This document shows positions 10,837-23,415 of a stretch of DNA of 41,417 bases, piece by piece. Position numbers and translations under genes: made by a program. How positions within the stretch are numbered: position 1 is the stretch's first letter; each line of letters opens with the position of its first letter. The notes below the pieces were generated by a model. It made no database searches. It saw only the letters and a program-made list of their open reading frames with translations, and had not been told where the DNA came from. This DNA is from Hyphochytrium catenoides. Taxonomy: Eukaryota > Protista > Hyphochytriomycota. Location of the stretch: NCBI GenBank assembly GCA_900088475.1, contig FLMG01001680.1, forward strand, positions 1-41,417, read 5' to 3'.

Positions 10837-13092
10837 TCCTCAAATTCAAGTCAGCCGAGGTCTCTTTAACCTAGCAAGTTGAAGAGTCTAAGAAGCTTCT
10901 CTGTAGATCACAATTTCTCTCGGCCACGCCAAGCAGAGACGTCCTGCGAGTGTTTGTGGACAATTCACTGCATGTCAAGCAGAAAGAGGGAAAGATAGAA
11001 GGACCAAGGACTTGATTTGCAAGGCTCGTGTTTGTCAACTGGGCAAAGTGTGCCGCCGTTTAGCGAGAGGGAGCGGGAACCCGATTGAACTCTGCAAGGT
11101 AGGCAGTTCGGTGTGGACGTTGACTTATTGAGGATCTCAGATAGTGCTGAGAATTGTTCAGAGCCGCAAGCAGGAAACGATTGCGAGACAGAGGAGCTGA
11201 CACATATACCAAGCGGAACTAACAAAGAGGTGAGAAGCAAAGGAGGGAAGGGAACGCCACGTGCGAGACAGAGCGAGCGAGAGCGAGGCCCTTCCTTAAC
11301 CTTCCTATCAAGGACTAACCCGCCACTTCTGTCGGGCTCACAGGAGTGCAATGCGAGAGAAGGGGGAAGCGAGGGGGGCCGGCGATCACAATCGCCCGCA
11401 TCTGAGAGTATTACTACTTCCATTGCACTCCTAGTACATCGCTAGACAGGCAGCGGAAAGTGGTGAGCTATTACTATCTTGCAGGTTCTTGGATGGCGGC
11501 TGGGAGTGTTTGGGTCTGCCTCACTCTCACTTTTCTTTGCCCTTCTCTTTCCTGTCACAAAGTGCTTGCTGGTCTAACCCTCTCTATTCAGCGCTCTTTC
11601 TCTGTCATTATCGCGGCCCTAATTACGGCAGGAGGTTATCTCACCACTGTTCTGGCTAGCGCTCTGTCTCGTGCTTTGTCTTGTTGCTCTTCCTCCTGTT
11701 CTTCTGTCCTTCTTCTTGCTTCCATCTTGAGCTTCCGAAAAAAGCTTGCAGCCTGGGCCTTTCCCTCCTTCCCTTTCCCACCTCTTCCTCTCAACCCGTG
11801 CCCGTTTCCTTTACTCAGTCGTTCGCTCCTGTTCCGTGTTCTTTGCCTCGGTTGAGTCTTTTTATACTTCTCTCCTGCTGCTGTTGGGGTCATAGGCCTC
11901 ACCACCACAAGTACAGTGTGTTGTAATAAGGGGAACTGGGTGGGATCAAGGATGGGTAAATGGATGTTTAGGACATGAGCAGAAGACCAGCACTTCTCAC
12001 TTCTCATTATCAAACAGGTTTATTCTTCAGAACCCGAGAAGAGGTGCCTGTTCCTTTTGGCTGCTTGTTGTTTGGCAAAGAGCGAGCTATGATGATTCCT
12101 TCACACTTTGTACCTGTACTTGTAAGATAGGGACTTGCACCTCGTACAGTAGCAAACGCGCCTTTCTCACACTTCTTCCCACTGTCCGCATGATTCGAGA
12201 AAGGGCCTTTCCCTTCATTCCTAGGAACTACTACCCGTAGCGGAATAACTCACATCCTAGTGGCGGGATCTAATGGTGGTATATATCGCTACGCCGACCG
12301 GTAAATACCGCTTAGGCTTGTGCCTTCTGGATAGTTCATACCGTAATTGAACCACAGTTACCTGGTAGAAATCAAACATGTGAGAGAGGCAGGAGGTACC
12401 TTGCCACCTGCTTCATTCTAAAAAGACAGAGCAACATTTTCCTCAGGCACAAAGGAGAAGTACAAAAAGTGGCCCTGACCCTACTGCAGAGTATACTATG
12501 GGGCAGTAGATATAAGGGGCATTGGGGGTGACTCTTACGAGGAGGCTAGACGAAGGGAGAAAGTGAAGCAGACCAGAAAGTAGCCCCAGAAGTGCTACAT
12601 GAATCAATAATAGGTTATCACAGGCATAAAGGGATGATTACTGCAGAGCGTTGAGCATTGGGAGTTACTTTGTGATGACAGGTCCTCAGCTTCTTATTAT
12701 TACTTTGACGTTTCGACGTCTGTTTGTGCCCCGATGGAGTTGACCGGTAGTCACAGGAGCGCTGGGCCTGCTGCACAGTTCCTCTCGATGGATCTTCACT
12801 TTTCAAGGGTTATACTCTTCTCCTGCCGTCCTCACCATAGCTTATGGCGTCATTTCTGAAGGCGTAAGGTGAATCCCGCGTGGTGGACTACCAGACAGCT
12901 TATAAGAGATAAAGATCCTTGTTGGGGGTACGGAGGAACGCGTGTGGGTGCTCTTCTACTGCTCAGTAAAGACTGACTCTAGAGAGCCTCGGACCTTCTC
13001 GTAAGAATGAGAGCAAGTGTTATTGTTCCTACAGCGGTAGATAAAAAACGTTAGGGCTTCCTTGTGAACATCCTAAAGCGGGGAGCACCAAG

Positions 13093-14318
13093 ATGGCATC
13101 AACACAAGGAAAAAGTTCAGACGAAGAGAGCAGTGATGCGGAGGAGACAAAGAATGTGAAGGGCCATACTCAAGAAAGGAACCCAGTCACCAACAAAGGC
13201 GCTGAAGAAGAATCCCCACCGCTACCTTTCAACATCAATGGCTTTGTTAAAAACAAACACATCCTCAGTGGAAGGGGCGGTTCTTCTGAGAGGCAACATG
13301 TTGCATCAGGTGGGATATCTGAGCTTATACTCCCTCTCATCGTCTACTACCGTCCTCTCCTCTGCTTTCTCTACTTCCTTTCTTCTGGCTGGTGCTTTTA
13401 TTACAACTCAATCTATTGTGGCTGTGGATTTTAATCTGTTGGGATGCAGGTTTAGTCTCGACTGCGGAGGGACTCACCCTAGCTTCTGGGGCGCTTATAC
13501 TGTTAATCACAGAGGTCAGTAGCAAGTGCAGGTTGCGATAAAACACCTAAGATGCATGTGACTACAGTGTCGCAACTAATAACACTTCATCTCACACAGT
13601 TTCTTCTGCATAACTTCCGTGTTGCTAGTTGGTATGTCTGTTTGGAAACATGTGCTTCAACTGGGCGGATCCCTCCGTGCCAACCTTCGGCAATAGTGCC
13701 TTTTTCCCCTTGTCAGGTCAGCCTCGTTCCGTCATCAGTTCTCCATCATGGTCATGAAGCGCTTGACTCAACATCATCTTTCCATCAGTAATGACCCTGG
13801 TAGTCGTTTTGCCTGTATCATACTTGACCCTGAAAATGTGGGACGTCAAAAGCATGCTACTAGGACTCCTGGTGAACGTATGGCCCATTGTGGACTTAGG
13901 TCTCTCGCCTTTATTGAAACCTTACATTCGTTCTCCCTTCACGACAGGCTTCTGTAGGAACTGTCCATCTAGCTGCAGCATCAATATCTTTCCTTAGTCC
14001 ATCGCCTAGGTATGGTAGCGCCCGCCTCAAAGGCAAATAGAATCACCATCTCAGCCAGCTTACCACCCTTACTCACGTTCTCCATCGGTGGACTCCTTGT
14101 TATCTAGCTGGGGATTTTTAGCGATTCAAGACAGAGATAGCTTCAAAAGCGAAGCTGCTTACTCGGAGGCATGCCATGCCAAACGGTCCTACATGGGTAG
14201 TGCTTTTCTAGGCTACTGCCTCCTCCTTTATGCCACCGGTCTTATCCAAGTCTTCTTGCTGGCTTACATTTTGAATGAGAGAAGATCACACCTCGTAGGC
14301 AACCTTAGCACTCGGTAG
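13093..14318 (+). pseudogene. Possible decayed or unresolved multi-exon membrane-protein gene
   Basis: A series of short hydrophobic + strand ORFs (13238-13522, 13791-13997, 14088-14318) in different frames. No recognisable family. Confidence 0.25.
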
Positions 14319-14580
14319 ATATAGATTTACATATATATATATGTCTTGTAACAAAATCCACAACGCCGGCTGGCTAATGTCTGTCCTCGCTGTGGTCTGG
14401 CTGCCTCGTCCTCACGCATAACGGTTTTCCTGAATCTGATGAGATTCGTGATCGTCATCATCGTTAAGTTATGTTGATGATCCGCTGCTGTGTACTTGTT
14501 CTACGGCATTCGTCACTCACCGCGACCTTGTCTTGGTGAAAAGAAATATCCGATATCCTCGTTCATCTCGAGCGGAGCCT

Positions 14581-15429
14581 AGTGAAGCAGGCGTTTAAAG
14601 AATATCGACCAGCTCTAATGGCCCTCTGTCATGAAGCAGAGTTTATCCCTGAGGCCCTAAGAGATGGTGTCAAATGGACGATCTGTTTACTAGTGCAGGT
14701 AAACTCCACAGTCAGGATCTAGTGAGCATCGTGCTTGCTCACAATTTGCAATGGACAGAGCCGGGATTAATAGTACCATGGAAGCGTATGATACTGTCCC
14801 CAAGAGGACTGTGTAGCGAAGGCCTGGGCCAGAGAGAAGAAGAGTGAAAGAGAATGTGATGGCGAAGCTGCTGGATGCCCATAAGTTCTTGATTGGGTTG
14901 AAGCCAACATCCAGGCTGGTCAGTGATCAAATTTTGCACTCGGAAAACTGACAGGGAAGAGGAATAAAAAAAGAGATGACGATCAAAAGATTGAAAAAAT
15001 AAAGGCAGTTGCGAGATGGGAAGGGACAGACGAAAAGGTAGAAAGACTGGACGAGAGATCAAGAGGTGGATAGAGGGATTCGAAGAGAAGGACAAGAGGG
15101 AAAAGGTTATTTGACGGAAAAAAGTGATACATGAGCATCCAGCAGCTTCGCCATCACATTCTCGTTCACTTTCTTCTCTTTGGCCCAGGCCTTCCCTGCA
15201 CAGTCCAGTTGGGGGACAGTCTCATACGCCTCCATGGTACTATTAATCCCGGCTCTGTCCGTCGCAAATTATCAGGAAGCAGGCTCACTAGATCCTGACT
15301 GCGGACTTTACCTGCACTAGCAAACAGATCGTCCATTTGATACCATCTCTTTAGGGCCTCACGGATAATTTCTGCTTCTTGACAGAGGACCATAGAGCTG
15401 GTCCATATTCTCTAAACGCCTGCTTCACT
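14581..15429. repeat. Long inverted repeat: arms 14581-14882 and 15131-15429, ~250-bp spacer
   Basis: The left arm agtgaagcaggcgttt...gcgaagctgctggatgcccat matches the reverse complement of the right arm throughout. Identity is roughly 85-90% by eye, with a few small indels. Confidence 0.95.
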
Positions 15430-16798
15430 GTGGTCAGCCGGACGTAGACCCAACCCTCGGGAAGGCTAGAGTAGTAGTCGTCGTCCTTATCTAAGTCCTC
15501 TACAGTTGAGGAAAGAAGAATAATTGAGCAAACCCTGCAGATGGGATGCTATCAATCATTTCAATCCACTTTCGTAACGCGTGACCTGTCGGCCTTTGAG
15601 GCTAACCTTCGCAAAGATACCTCAACACCGGCCGATAGTTCAGGCGTTACGAAAGTGGTAGCACCCATTCTATGCGTGGCTGGCCAAGGAAATACGTCTC
15701 CTACACCTAAAAGAGATGGCCCAATGCGAAAGTTTAGGCCCATTTTACTCAGAGGGATCCACACGCTAGTGGCTATTAAACTTACCATGACTTTGAACAA
15801 CCACAACTTCTCCTTTAGGGCTTTGGCTTTCAGTAGCAATTCGCTTTCCTTGGCCATCGCAAAGAAGTCGGAGGTGTGGAGAAATATGTTCCCATGATCC
15901 CAGATGGTACTTGCTTAGGACACTATCCAGCTGAATCCAGGCAAGCTCGTGTCCACATGTGATATGGTCGTTTGTCTTAGTAAGTTGGCCACCGATTTTA
16001 GGGTATCAGCGAGCTACTCTGTTGTGATAGTTTCCTTTTTTACCTGGAGCGCGAGCAACATCCTGAAGAATACCCAAATAACGTTTTTCCCGGAGGGCTT
16101 GTTTGGACCGACAGCGCTAGTCGTCTTCGCCTGCCCCAGGGAATCTCGACATATCAAGGTGGAGCGTTTAGTTTGTACAAGCTAACGCGCTTGCCTTTCA
16201 TCGCAACCAAGGGCGGCCTCTGGCGCTGAGACTCGTGATTATTATTGTCATCTCGAGGCTGAGTTGTCGCTTCTTCCACCCGTGGTTCTTCAGTCGTCAC
16301 ACTGCTCCTGGTGCTCCACTACGACACCTGGCCGGTCGATCTCGTCTTCAAGGGCAGGCGCTCGCTCGTCCATCTTGAGAGGCGTCCGTATAGAACGTCC
16401 TCATCAGACCTCGTCAGACACATCGCCGCCCCATCACTGGATGATGAGACGCTTCAGAGTCGTGCTGGTGAAAGATATCTCCAGATCCAACCTCCCTCTT
16501 CCTAGCCAAGACCGAGACTGTATTCGGTTAAAATCTAAGCTCGACTAGAGACAGTTACCAAACCACAGATCAGGTTTACCTCTTCCGTGATAATCAGTAT
16601 GTGCGAGGATCTTATGTTGTCCGTTATGAGAAGTGAACTACTTCTCTCTCATGCTCTACGCCGCCCCGATCATTCGCCTCTTCAACCGTCATTTTGCTGA
16701 CAAGCATTCCACAATCACAGCAATCCTTGGTACAAGGGAACGCCCACCCACCGTAACTCGTCTAAAGATAGGCAGGTAGTGAAGAGATGTGGAAGCAC

Positions 16799-16827
16799 TA
16801 TATATAAGGCCTCGGTTATTTCACTCT
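16799..16827 (+). promoter_or_regulatory. Candidate TATA box plus initiator for the URC1-like gene
   Basis: TATATATAA at 16799-16807 is followed by TCACTCT (Inr-like) at 16821-16827 and then a pyrimidine-rich leader, ~700 bp upstream of ATG 17504. Confidence 0.45.
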
Positions 16828-17503
16828 GTCTTCCGTTGCAAACTCTCCTTTTGCTCCTTTCCGTTCCAAAGCCTCCTGCTGTTTCTCAAGCCCCTTTTCG
16901 TGCCACATGTTTGCCCCATCACTCTGTATTGTGAGAAACAGGCTTGGGTGAGGCGACCAGGAACATTAACTATGGGCTTCCCCATCGTCACGACTCCTCA
17001 CCTAACATTGTGGGGGTAAAACGTCTTCCTCGAACTAGCCTCACGAAAACTCTATCTCTCCAACATTCTTACCTCTTTCTTACTCTTTCTCTCAATGCAC
17101 CAGCTGCTATTGCCGCTTTTGTCACATCTCACACTCTCTGTCTCGAACTCTGCATATATATTTTGAGTTGTAGTACAGATTTGTCTGACGTTTTTGCCCA
17201 AGCTTTCCGCCCTATCTTTCTTCTACTTTTCCTTCACCTTCTGTGGCGTTTTCTCTTGAATGTCAGTCACCTTATAGAAAACCTTAGCGATTGCCCTTCT
17301 GTGTGCAGTCAGATCCATCGCGCCGTCACTTGCGCGCGGCTGCTTGACAGAGCTCACAATCGAAACGGAACCGGCAGTGACCAGAGGGCAAAGCAGCTAA
17401 CAGCGCTGATTTGCACCAGACATCAGGGAGCACTTGCAGGTCCTCACTTCTCGAATAGCAAGACAATCAACAGACTCAACAGACTTTTTTCAAGACCACC
17501 ACG

Positions 17504-20374
17504 ATGAAGGCAGTAAGCACTCTAGGCAAGCGCAAGAAGTCTGTGGATGGTAAGTACTGTTTACGAGCTATTGATTCCGGATCTGATGAATGAGACGTGC
17601 TAATATGTCCTTGCGCTCTGCAGCGGATCACGTGGCTGACATCCCAAGCCACCACAAGGAGGCCGCAAACTCTTTTACCCATATATCTCTCACAACCCAC
17701 GCTGGAGTACATGGAGATGAGTCCTCACGCATTAGGGTATGTTCTCAAGAACGCAACTAGCTCGTCGTTGAACGTACCGCGTCTCTCAAAGACGCTGACG
17801 CATAGAAGAGCTTCCTAGAGACTGCGGTGTCTCCAAATCTCAGTCGTTCCTCTCCTGTCTTTCTGCCGTTTTTCGGGTTCAAATGTCGTCCCGGCTATAA
17901 CTCATTCTCTCTTTATCTACAGTGGGGACACCCTGAACCAGAGGTGCGCGGCCCCGTCATCGCCACAAACAGGCATGAGATGTACCGCAATGCAATCGGC
18001 GCTCATGGTGGCCCATACTGCATTTATAGAGCACTAGCAGTTGTATCCAAGGCTTTGAACACGGTATGATCAATGTGAAGCTGCTATAGTTGCTCTCACA
18101 CTTTCGGCCATCGACGTTGCCCTCTCCGTATTCAATCATGCAGGGGTCGGGTAACTTGCTTACTTGCTTCTTCCTTCGTTGGTTGCTTGCTATGTTTCAA
18201 CACGATTGCTTCTTAAAACATAGTCCCGAGAGATCTGATCCATGGGGGCCATTGAGTTCTCCGTCGGCTGTAATCTCTTAACTTATCTGACCTTTGTGGC
18301 CTTCTCCATGTTGCCCTGCAGTCCCAATATCCTGACCTATCAAAGACCCTGCCGGCCGCCAAGATCGGTCCTCATCCTCAGTGGGGAGAACCCGAAAAGA
18401 TTGTCACTATCGATCCATTTGGCCACGTCGTTACAGAGGCCTTCCCAGAACACTTCGAAAAGGGCTACGATATTCGCCCCACAATCGCAGGTCAGTGCTT
18501 GGGTCGGTCCACTCCGCCTCCTTTGATGGCAAACTTCCGTCGAAACATTAGTTCTTGGAGGTGGAGTCTTGTTGAGGTGCCTGGGGGTGTCTTCATCGTC
18601 TTCCCTCCGCACTTTTCCTTACACCTACCTCCTGTCAGTTACAAAGGCGCACATGGATGTTCCAGAATTGCAAGAATGGATTCGCAAGGGTTACACAGTG
18701 CCCGACGGACAAATTTTGACCAAGACGGGGCAGCTGCATGTTACTAAGGCAGCTATTGAGCCCGTATGGTATCTTCCAGGTAAGGTTGGTCCGGCAGGCA
18801 CGGCTGTCTCCCACCGTTTGTCTGTTAACCTTGGGGTCCTTTAGGTGTCGCCAAGAGGTTCGGTTGCAGTGAGTACGAGCTACGGACAGTGCTTTTTAAA
18901 GAGACAAACGGCATGTATCCAGAGCTCCTCACTAGGACAGACCTTAAGGTCTTCCTTCCCCCCATTGGAGGGTACGTTATATTACTTCACGGCATTTAGC
19001 TGTACATAACCTACTTTAAACAGTCGCTACATTAGCTCTGTGACCTTTTCGTAGCTGCTCAATTAAGCTTTCTTCCCCACAGAATCAGTATTTACATCAT
19101 CGGAGACGTGGAAGCTATCACAGATCCCAACCGCAAGTTGGCTGTCCGTGTCCATGATGAGTGCAACGGCTCCGACGTGTTTGGTTCAGATATCTGCACT
19201 TGCAGGCCGTACTTGGTGCATGCTATCGATGTTTGTGTCAAGACAGCACAGGAAGGAGGGTAAGAATTCATGCCCGCTTGTGCTGCATGCAGACCTTATT
19301 GAACAAAGACGCGCATACATACTGAGTATTCTACCTCTACTTCCTCAACACTGGTTTTCAAGGGGTTCTCGCGTCTCATCTCTAGTACCACATCGCTGAC
19401 AATCTCTTTTCCATTTTACCTGCTGTGCAGTTGTGGCCTTATTGTCTACTTCCGCAAGGAGGGCAGAGCGCTAGGAGAAGTCACCAAGTACCTTGTTTAC
19501 AACTTGAGAAAGCGTCAGGAGGGCGGCGATACGGCGCAGGAATATTTCAACTGCACCCAGCAGATTGCTGGTATCCAGGATGTTAGGTTCCAGGCTCTGA
19601 TGCCTGATGCACTCCATTGGCTTGGTAAGGCATTCGCCAACTGTTGTCCAAGTCTCAGCGCTGCCCCGCAGAGTGTATGTCCCTGTGGGGAATGGGGTCT
19701 GTCAGCCCACCTTTGAGTATCCTTAGCCCTGGCTCTTCTTCTGGAGACATGTCTAACCCTCGACTCTCAACTTCGTAGGGGTGACAAAGATTGACCGCTT
19801 CGTCTCTATGAGTGACATGAAGTACAACGCCATCGTGAATTCGGTAAGACACTGTGTCGTCTTAGTTCCGCTCCCGAACTGCACACCTTAATTCATCCGT
19901 CTCTGCTATCTAGGGAATTGAGATCGTTGAGAGGATCCCAATCCCTCCAGAATTGGTCCCTGATGACGCGCAGGTGGAGATTAGTGCTAAGGTTTTCGCA
20001 GGATATAATGGTACGGACAAGCCCTTTCTTTTCTCGTCGCTTGGTGCTATATTTTGCCTCAATCACGCCACCGTGCCTTATGTTCTACTCCAGGTCTGAC
20101 TTATTCTTGGTCTCCGACGCACTTTCTTATTCAAACCGTTGCTAACAATCTCACCTTATCAGGCGGTGATGTCTATCACGTCGAGAAGGATGATCTGAAG
20201 AAGGTCAAGGGACGCAGCTTTGATGACGCCCAGCCTAACTCTCCCAAGGCTGATGCCTTCAAGGAAGTCGTGGCCAAGAAGACCGCTGGTAGCCCAGCCA
20301 CTAGCCCCAAGAAGGCTGGTAGCCCTAAGAAGGTCACGAGGCCTCCGAGCCCTACAAAGCAAGGAGCCAAGTAA
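17504..20374 (+). CDS. URC1: URC1/Urg1-type GTP cyclohydrolase II-like protein (GTP_CH_N + GCHII domains), ~11 exons
   Basis: Spliced product contains WGHPEPEVRGPVIAT...RNAIGAHGGPYCIYRALAV...DIRPTIAVTKAH...AIEPVWYLPGVAKRFG...VRVHDECNGSDVFGSDICTCRPYL...YFRKEGRALGEVTKYLVYN...QDVRFQALMPDALHWLG...SMSDMKY...AKVFAGY. The three GCHII Zn-binding Cys are present. Confidence 0.92.
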
Positions 20375-20848
20375 TGTCAAGATCCCCTCAGTTCGCTGTT
20401 CTACACTCTGTTGATTGAGCTTCCTCTTTCCCAAGCAAGTATTTAGGCGCAATAGTGACTCGCGGTCTTGCCATAAAAATCTTTGAACTAATATATGGGC
20501 ACATTGTCGGCTTGGAAATTAGCCTTCCCCGAGTGGTAAGCGAAGTACTAGTGATAGTATGAAGACAATAAGGGTCAGTTAGAGAGCATCTATGGGCAAA
20601 CTCTCCCGCTAGCAAAGAAGGCAAAATCCAGTGGACGAGATGGTACGGCTGTAGTTCGAGGACCCGGTCAGAGTTCTCCTCAAACCCAACAATGATAGCT
20701 CTGAGAAAGCTGGTACAGGCTGAGACAGACATCACTATCTCTGGAAGAGCAGCTTGAAGGGGAAAAGAAAGAAAGCAAAAGCGTCACGTTCTTACAAGGT
20801 CACTAGAACTGAATAAATATAAAAAGTAGGCGGTTCGAAGAAAGAGAA

Positions 20849-22320
20849 TCAATGTAGGTCTAACTCCAGCTGGAGGAGCTGCTCTTCCAGAACGCGCTCT
20901 TCCTCCTCTTTTATCTTCTTGATAGCATCTTCAGCTAAAGAGTCCTTGTCCTCATCGTCTAAGTCACCTGTTCCTCCTTCTTCAAGATCAGGACCTTCGG
21001 CTGCCTCAGCCAGAAGCTCTGGCCAGTGTTCCGAAGCTCTCAGGACGGAGTGGGCAAAGACTGCCAACGTTCTATCAATATGCTCAATCAGGGAATCACC
21101 ATCTATAGTTTCTATCAAAAAATAACAAGGCAGTCAACGTACATTACGCATAGCACCCGTAGAGTGAGATAACTTAGAAAGTGGCCAAGCCCCGCGGCTG
21201 TAGCTGCGACCAGAAAGAGACAAATTGTGAGACTAAACTGGACNNNNNNNNNNNNNNNNNNNNNNNNNNNNNNNNNNNNNNNNNNNNNNNNNNNNNNNNN
21301 NNAAACGGCTACTATGGAGCTTCGCTGGATGCGGACGCTGCCTGACAAACGAAGCGATCCAGGCAATTTGCTAGGGATAAAAGTGAGCGTGAGGGCTTCA
21401 TAGGAACCACTGCATGGGGCTGTGGACTTCCATTCCTCCAAAAGTCGGCTCGAGGTTTGCAAGCAGTAAACTATCAAACGTGCCCTCCCTTCTGGTCATA
21501 TTTCCCGGTTAACACTTCGCTTTTCTCCTTGTCTCTTCTCTCGCGCGCTCTCTTTCCTTCTCGTCTACTTTCCATAGCATGAGTTGGTATGTCTGTGCTC
21601 TGTCTCCTCTCACTCCATATTGTAGATCCTCCATCAATGTGCTCCTTACTTTGCGTAGCGGCTGAAGCTAGTCCAGAACATGACCAGTCCCGCGACGAGA
21701 AGAATCAGCAAAGGATTGCCTAGCCTGCCATCCATGACCACGCTGGTCAGATAGAGGGTAACGCAGTGGGGATAACAGAGAAGATAATACAGATAAAGAA
21801 CCTCAATGAACAGCATTGCCATTACGGAGATGGCTGTCAGTATAGGAATCGTGCATCCTATGCAGCTAAAGAAAGAGGAACAGCGAAGAGGACAGTTTTA
21901 CACGAAGTGCAGATCTCACATTGCCCAAGCGATGACGAGAGCTGCAGAAAGCTGTAGATAGTTCAAGAGATAGATATCCCAGTTATCATGCAGCCTCTCG
22001 AGCAGCAGCTCCTTAATCAAAGGGATCCCATAGCTCCAGTGCTCAGCAGAGCAGCACCAGCAGCAGCAACAAAGAACAGTAGCGCAATAAGAACGCATGC
22101 CTCTCCCACAGCTTCCTTTCCTCTGCCTGGGAATGCCCCAAAAGCCTTCCCAGGTGGCCGCTCCGTATCCATATTGGAGGCGTCGTGTGAAGAAGCCCTG
22201 ATTACGACTTTCTTTAGAGAATGAAGGCCCTGCTGATGATGCTCTGGACTTACTATAAGTATGACAAATAGCATGTCGTGCGCTCTCTGATGTCTCCGGC
22301 GCCATCTGCTTCCGTTGCAC
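20849..22320 (-). CDS. Hypothetical multi-exon membrane protein with an acidic C-terminus (spans the assembly gap)
   Basis: ORF 21916-22320 ends at a GT donor and splices to a hydrophobic exon (CIGCTIPILTAISVMAMLF...PLLILLVAGLVMFW). The last exon ETIDGDSLIEHIDRTLAVFAHS...EEQLLQLELDLH follows a good acceptor. Connectivity between exons is uncertain. Confidence 0.45.
21244..21302. other. Assembly gap (59 N)
   Basis: Run of n. Confidence 1.
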
Positions 22321-23415
22321 GGTCTGCGAGCTAGGATGCGCACGTAAGTAAACACTTAGGACATCAGGGTCGTTGGGGACAGCTATATCGGAGACCTGTC
22401 TGATACCACCGACGGCACCACCGTCTCACTTTATAAGTGAGAGCCATATCTCCTCGCTATGCCCCGCGTGGTACGCGTCCTCATCGTCCTCACAGAGCTC
22501 TTAGGTCCGGCTGGAAGCAGTAGCAAACTGCAGCAATCTTGTCGTGTGATCGAGGGTCACCCAGGCATGAGTATCGCCAGTGAGGCATCATGGTAACAGT
22601 CACAACCCTCTCGTTCTCTCCTTGTATATATAATGGCAACGGAGCAGGGCCTCGAGTGACAGTCCGCGGTGATGCCAAGGGTGACAGATCCAGGCGGATG
22701 CTGCCTCACATGGTGATGAAGAATGATGAAGCTGAGGGTGACAAGCTGAGCTTCTGATCTGCCTGTTAACCTGCTGACAGCTGACAGCGCAGTTTATGTG
22801 GTTTTATGGAATCCATAAAACAATGGGTTTAGTGATAACAATTCTGCACTAAAATAAACAAGGAAAGACTAAGGTTAGCCTTTGGTAAAGTTGCTGGGTA
22901 ATAAACGTTTTATCTTTTATTGTCTTTTTATTTCCTATTTTTTGTCGTCGCAGCTCCTTCCGGTCCGCCCTTGTCTCGTCTTGTCTCTCCCATCAGCCGG
23001 TGCCTTACGTTGAGCTCAGCTGTAGAAGAGACCAGAGCATCTCAGCAGAGGAGGCGTCTCTAGCGCAAGCGTCGCTCGTGTCTCACGAGCAACACTATTC
23101 ATCATGCCAGGGGCCACATACATACTTTCCGCAGCTCACGCACTATCTACAGGAACCTTGGGGAACAGATGGAGATCAGAAGGTTCTATGAAAGCCTTGA
23201 ATGACGAAGGAAAGGCAGATGACATCCACTGGTCCTCGTCCTGTGGGCCCTTCTTGCGGAAGAGCCATGATATTGATAGCAGCATTAAGTTAACAGTTGA
23301 CCGTGACCACATCTTTTTCTTGGAGGTGCTCTCCAGCTCATCAATAAGATTGGAACCTTTCTTTGCGACTTCATTCTCTCCTTTTCCGTTCATTTCATCC
23401 CTCTCCTTCACCAGC

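Noticed and set aside
15436-15470. LPEGWVYVRL resembles the type I restriction HsdS motif or a WW-domain start
   Set aside because: The flanking sequence matches neither family, and the match is too short to support a call.
11450-16600. Intact transposon or retroelement in the gene-poor zone
   Set aside because: No recognisable RT, integrase or DDE motifs, LTRs or target-site duplication.
17504-20374. Canonical riboflavin ribA/RIB1
   Set aside because: The long GTP_CH_N N-terminal domain and motif variants place it in the URC1/Urg1 subfamily.
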